Assembly: GCA_964016885.1 (NCBI GenBank)
Contig: OZ024740.1
Location: forward strand, 134,912,001-134,976,000
Length of the DNA stretch: 64,000 nucleotides
Source: Eledone cirrhosa
Lineage: Eukaryota
Direction of reading: 5' to 3'
Positions within the stretch are counted from its first letter, which is position 1. Each line of letters opens with the position of its first letter. This document shows, in pieces, positions 62,329 to 64,000 of this stretch. The position numbers were made by a program, and so were the translations under genes. The notes below the pieces were generated by a model. That model was given only the letters and a program-made list of their open reading frames with translations. It was not told where the DNA came from and ran no database searches.

Positions 62329-64000
62329 CTGTAAAAAATTTAAAATGAAAGCAAAAGCTTATTTAAAAACAAACACACAATTAGTCTTTATTAATCATCA
62401 TCATTTTATGTCTTGTTTTTATGTTGGCATGGTTTGTACAAGTCATTACTGTCCAACTTAGTTCTTATCAAGACATTTCATTTTGATATGATTTTTTATG
62501 GCTGGATGTTCATCCAAACACCAACCACTTTATAGAGTGTACTGGGTGTATTTTATCATGGCATCAGCACTAACGAGTTTACCTTGTAGCTTGCCACACT
62601 GAAGAGTACTTCTTATTCCATATTGTGTTTGTACATTGAAGGAGTATGACCAAGAGGGTGGATAGAAGAGAGAGCAATGACACAGGAGAAGCCAAGGTGA
62701 ATGATGAAGTAAGCAATAATATGGTGGGAGAAAGAGAGCAGAAGGAAAAGTAATAGAAAAAAAGAAAGTAATAAGACAGTAATAACTCCCTGAAATTTGT
62801 CCAATCTGTTCGTACTCTGGTAACTATGCTTTTAGATTATCCACCTCCAATGCTAATGAGTTTACCTAAGTAACAAAAGTTATCAACTACTTCCAGTTTT
62901 CCTGTATGTCATAGGCATCCATGAGAACTTCTCTGAAACTGTGACAGCCAAGGTCTCTTTCAGTTTGTATGCCTTCCTTTGATAAATTGTGTTTAGTCTC
63001 TATGTCCATCTAGTTTATAAACTCTGAAGTCACTAAGTACTAATCTATGTGGGGGTGACACATTCTTCACAAAGAAAAACGTTAACATTTACATCCATCT
63101 GTTTATCTTATTTGTTGGTGAGAATAAATCCTATTTGGTTTGTGTATTTATCCAATTAGTAGATGATCAGGTCACTGGACTATTTCCAGATATTTTTATT
63201 GCCTCACAGAACCCCAGAAGCCTCGGTCTCTCCTCACTTTACATATTGTACACATAACCTCCATGTATACTGAAGAAACTAATTATCATCATTCTCATTG
63301 TTTTAATGTCCTGCTAGTAATGGTTGGATGGGTCTACATAGACCAAGTTAGTACTGAAGCGGGGCTACTAACCTCCCAGAAAGGCTGGTCTCACATTCTA
63401 CTGAGTGCACAAGGGAGCCTGTCATGTTTGACACAACCGAAGGGTCCTCCCAACCCTTTGTTTGCCAGGCTTTTTATGGCTGGATGCCCTTCCTATCACC
63501 AACCATTATACAGAATGTACTGGGTGCATTTATCATGTAGATAAACACTAGGGAGGCCATCATGTCCTTGACACAACTGAAGGGTCTTCCCAACCCTTGA
63601 TTGGAAAGCTGCCTACAGATGGATGCCCTTCTTATAATCAACCACTTTACAGAGTGTACTGGATGCATTTATCATATAGATCACCAAAATTAGAGAGGTT
63701 GCCATACCATGATCCAACTGAAGGGTCCACTTGACCCCTTTTTTTTCATGGGGATGGAGTAGTGATGGAGAGATTAGCAAAGGAGTGATAGTGGAGGGCG
63801 CAATAATGAGGGTACCTAGAGGGTGACAGCAACTAAGGAATGAATACAGGAGGTGGGGTGTAGGGAGTGCTAGTGGAGGAGGCATGGATGGGGTGCATAA
63901 GAATGAGGAGAGTGTGATAATGCCAGCTGTTATAATGATGTGTTGGAAGGACAGCCACCTGCCAGTCCTGTTTGTGGAGTGTATGCAGAGATAATTGTTG

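Overview
This is AT-rich eukaryotic (animal) genomic DNA, not prokaryotic. The SINE and RTE repertoire suggests a coleoid cephalopod (Octopus-like), which is an inference. The + strand carries the middle and 3' part of a PIAS-family E3 SUMO ligase gene: PINIT domain, SP-RING, SIM plus acidic tract, Ser-rich tail ending PDVISLD. It has 12 well-supported and 3 less certain coding exons between 2.2 and 35.2 kb; the SAP-domain exons lie upstream of the window. The - strand carries the last coding exon of a HIG1-domain (HIGD1-like) gene at 62.1-62.3 kb. The rest is a dense mosaic of transposable elements: two decayed copies of one RTE LINE in opposite orientation with a PHD-like finger inside ORF2, a ~4 kb Ty3/Gypsy LTR element with a 5-bp TSD, a piggyBac deletion series, mariner, Penelope-like and CRE-like relics, hAT and Tc2-like MITEs, and tRNA-derived SINEs, some in head-to-tail arrays. 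The most notable observations are a candidate 5-nt PIAS microexon that rescues the frame of a 55-nt exon, a short versus long PIAS isoform switch, a hammerhead-ribozyme-like motif in the first intron, a hairpin-bounded 24-bp micro-inversion in a LINE, and TE ends that abut or supply PIAS splice-acceptor regions. All exon calls were made by hand translation and splice-phase bookkeeping; no database searches were run.
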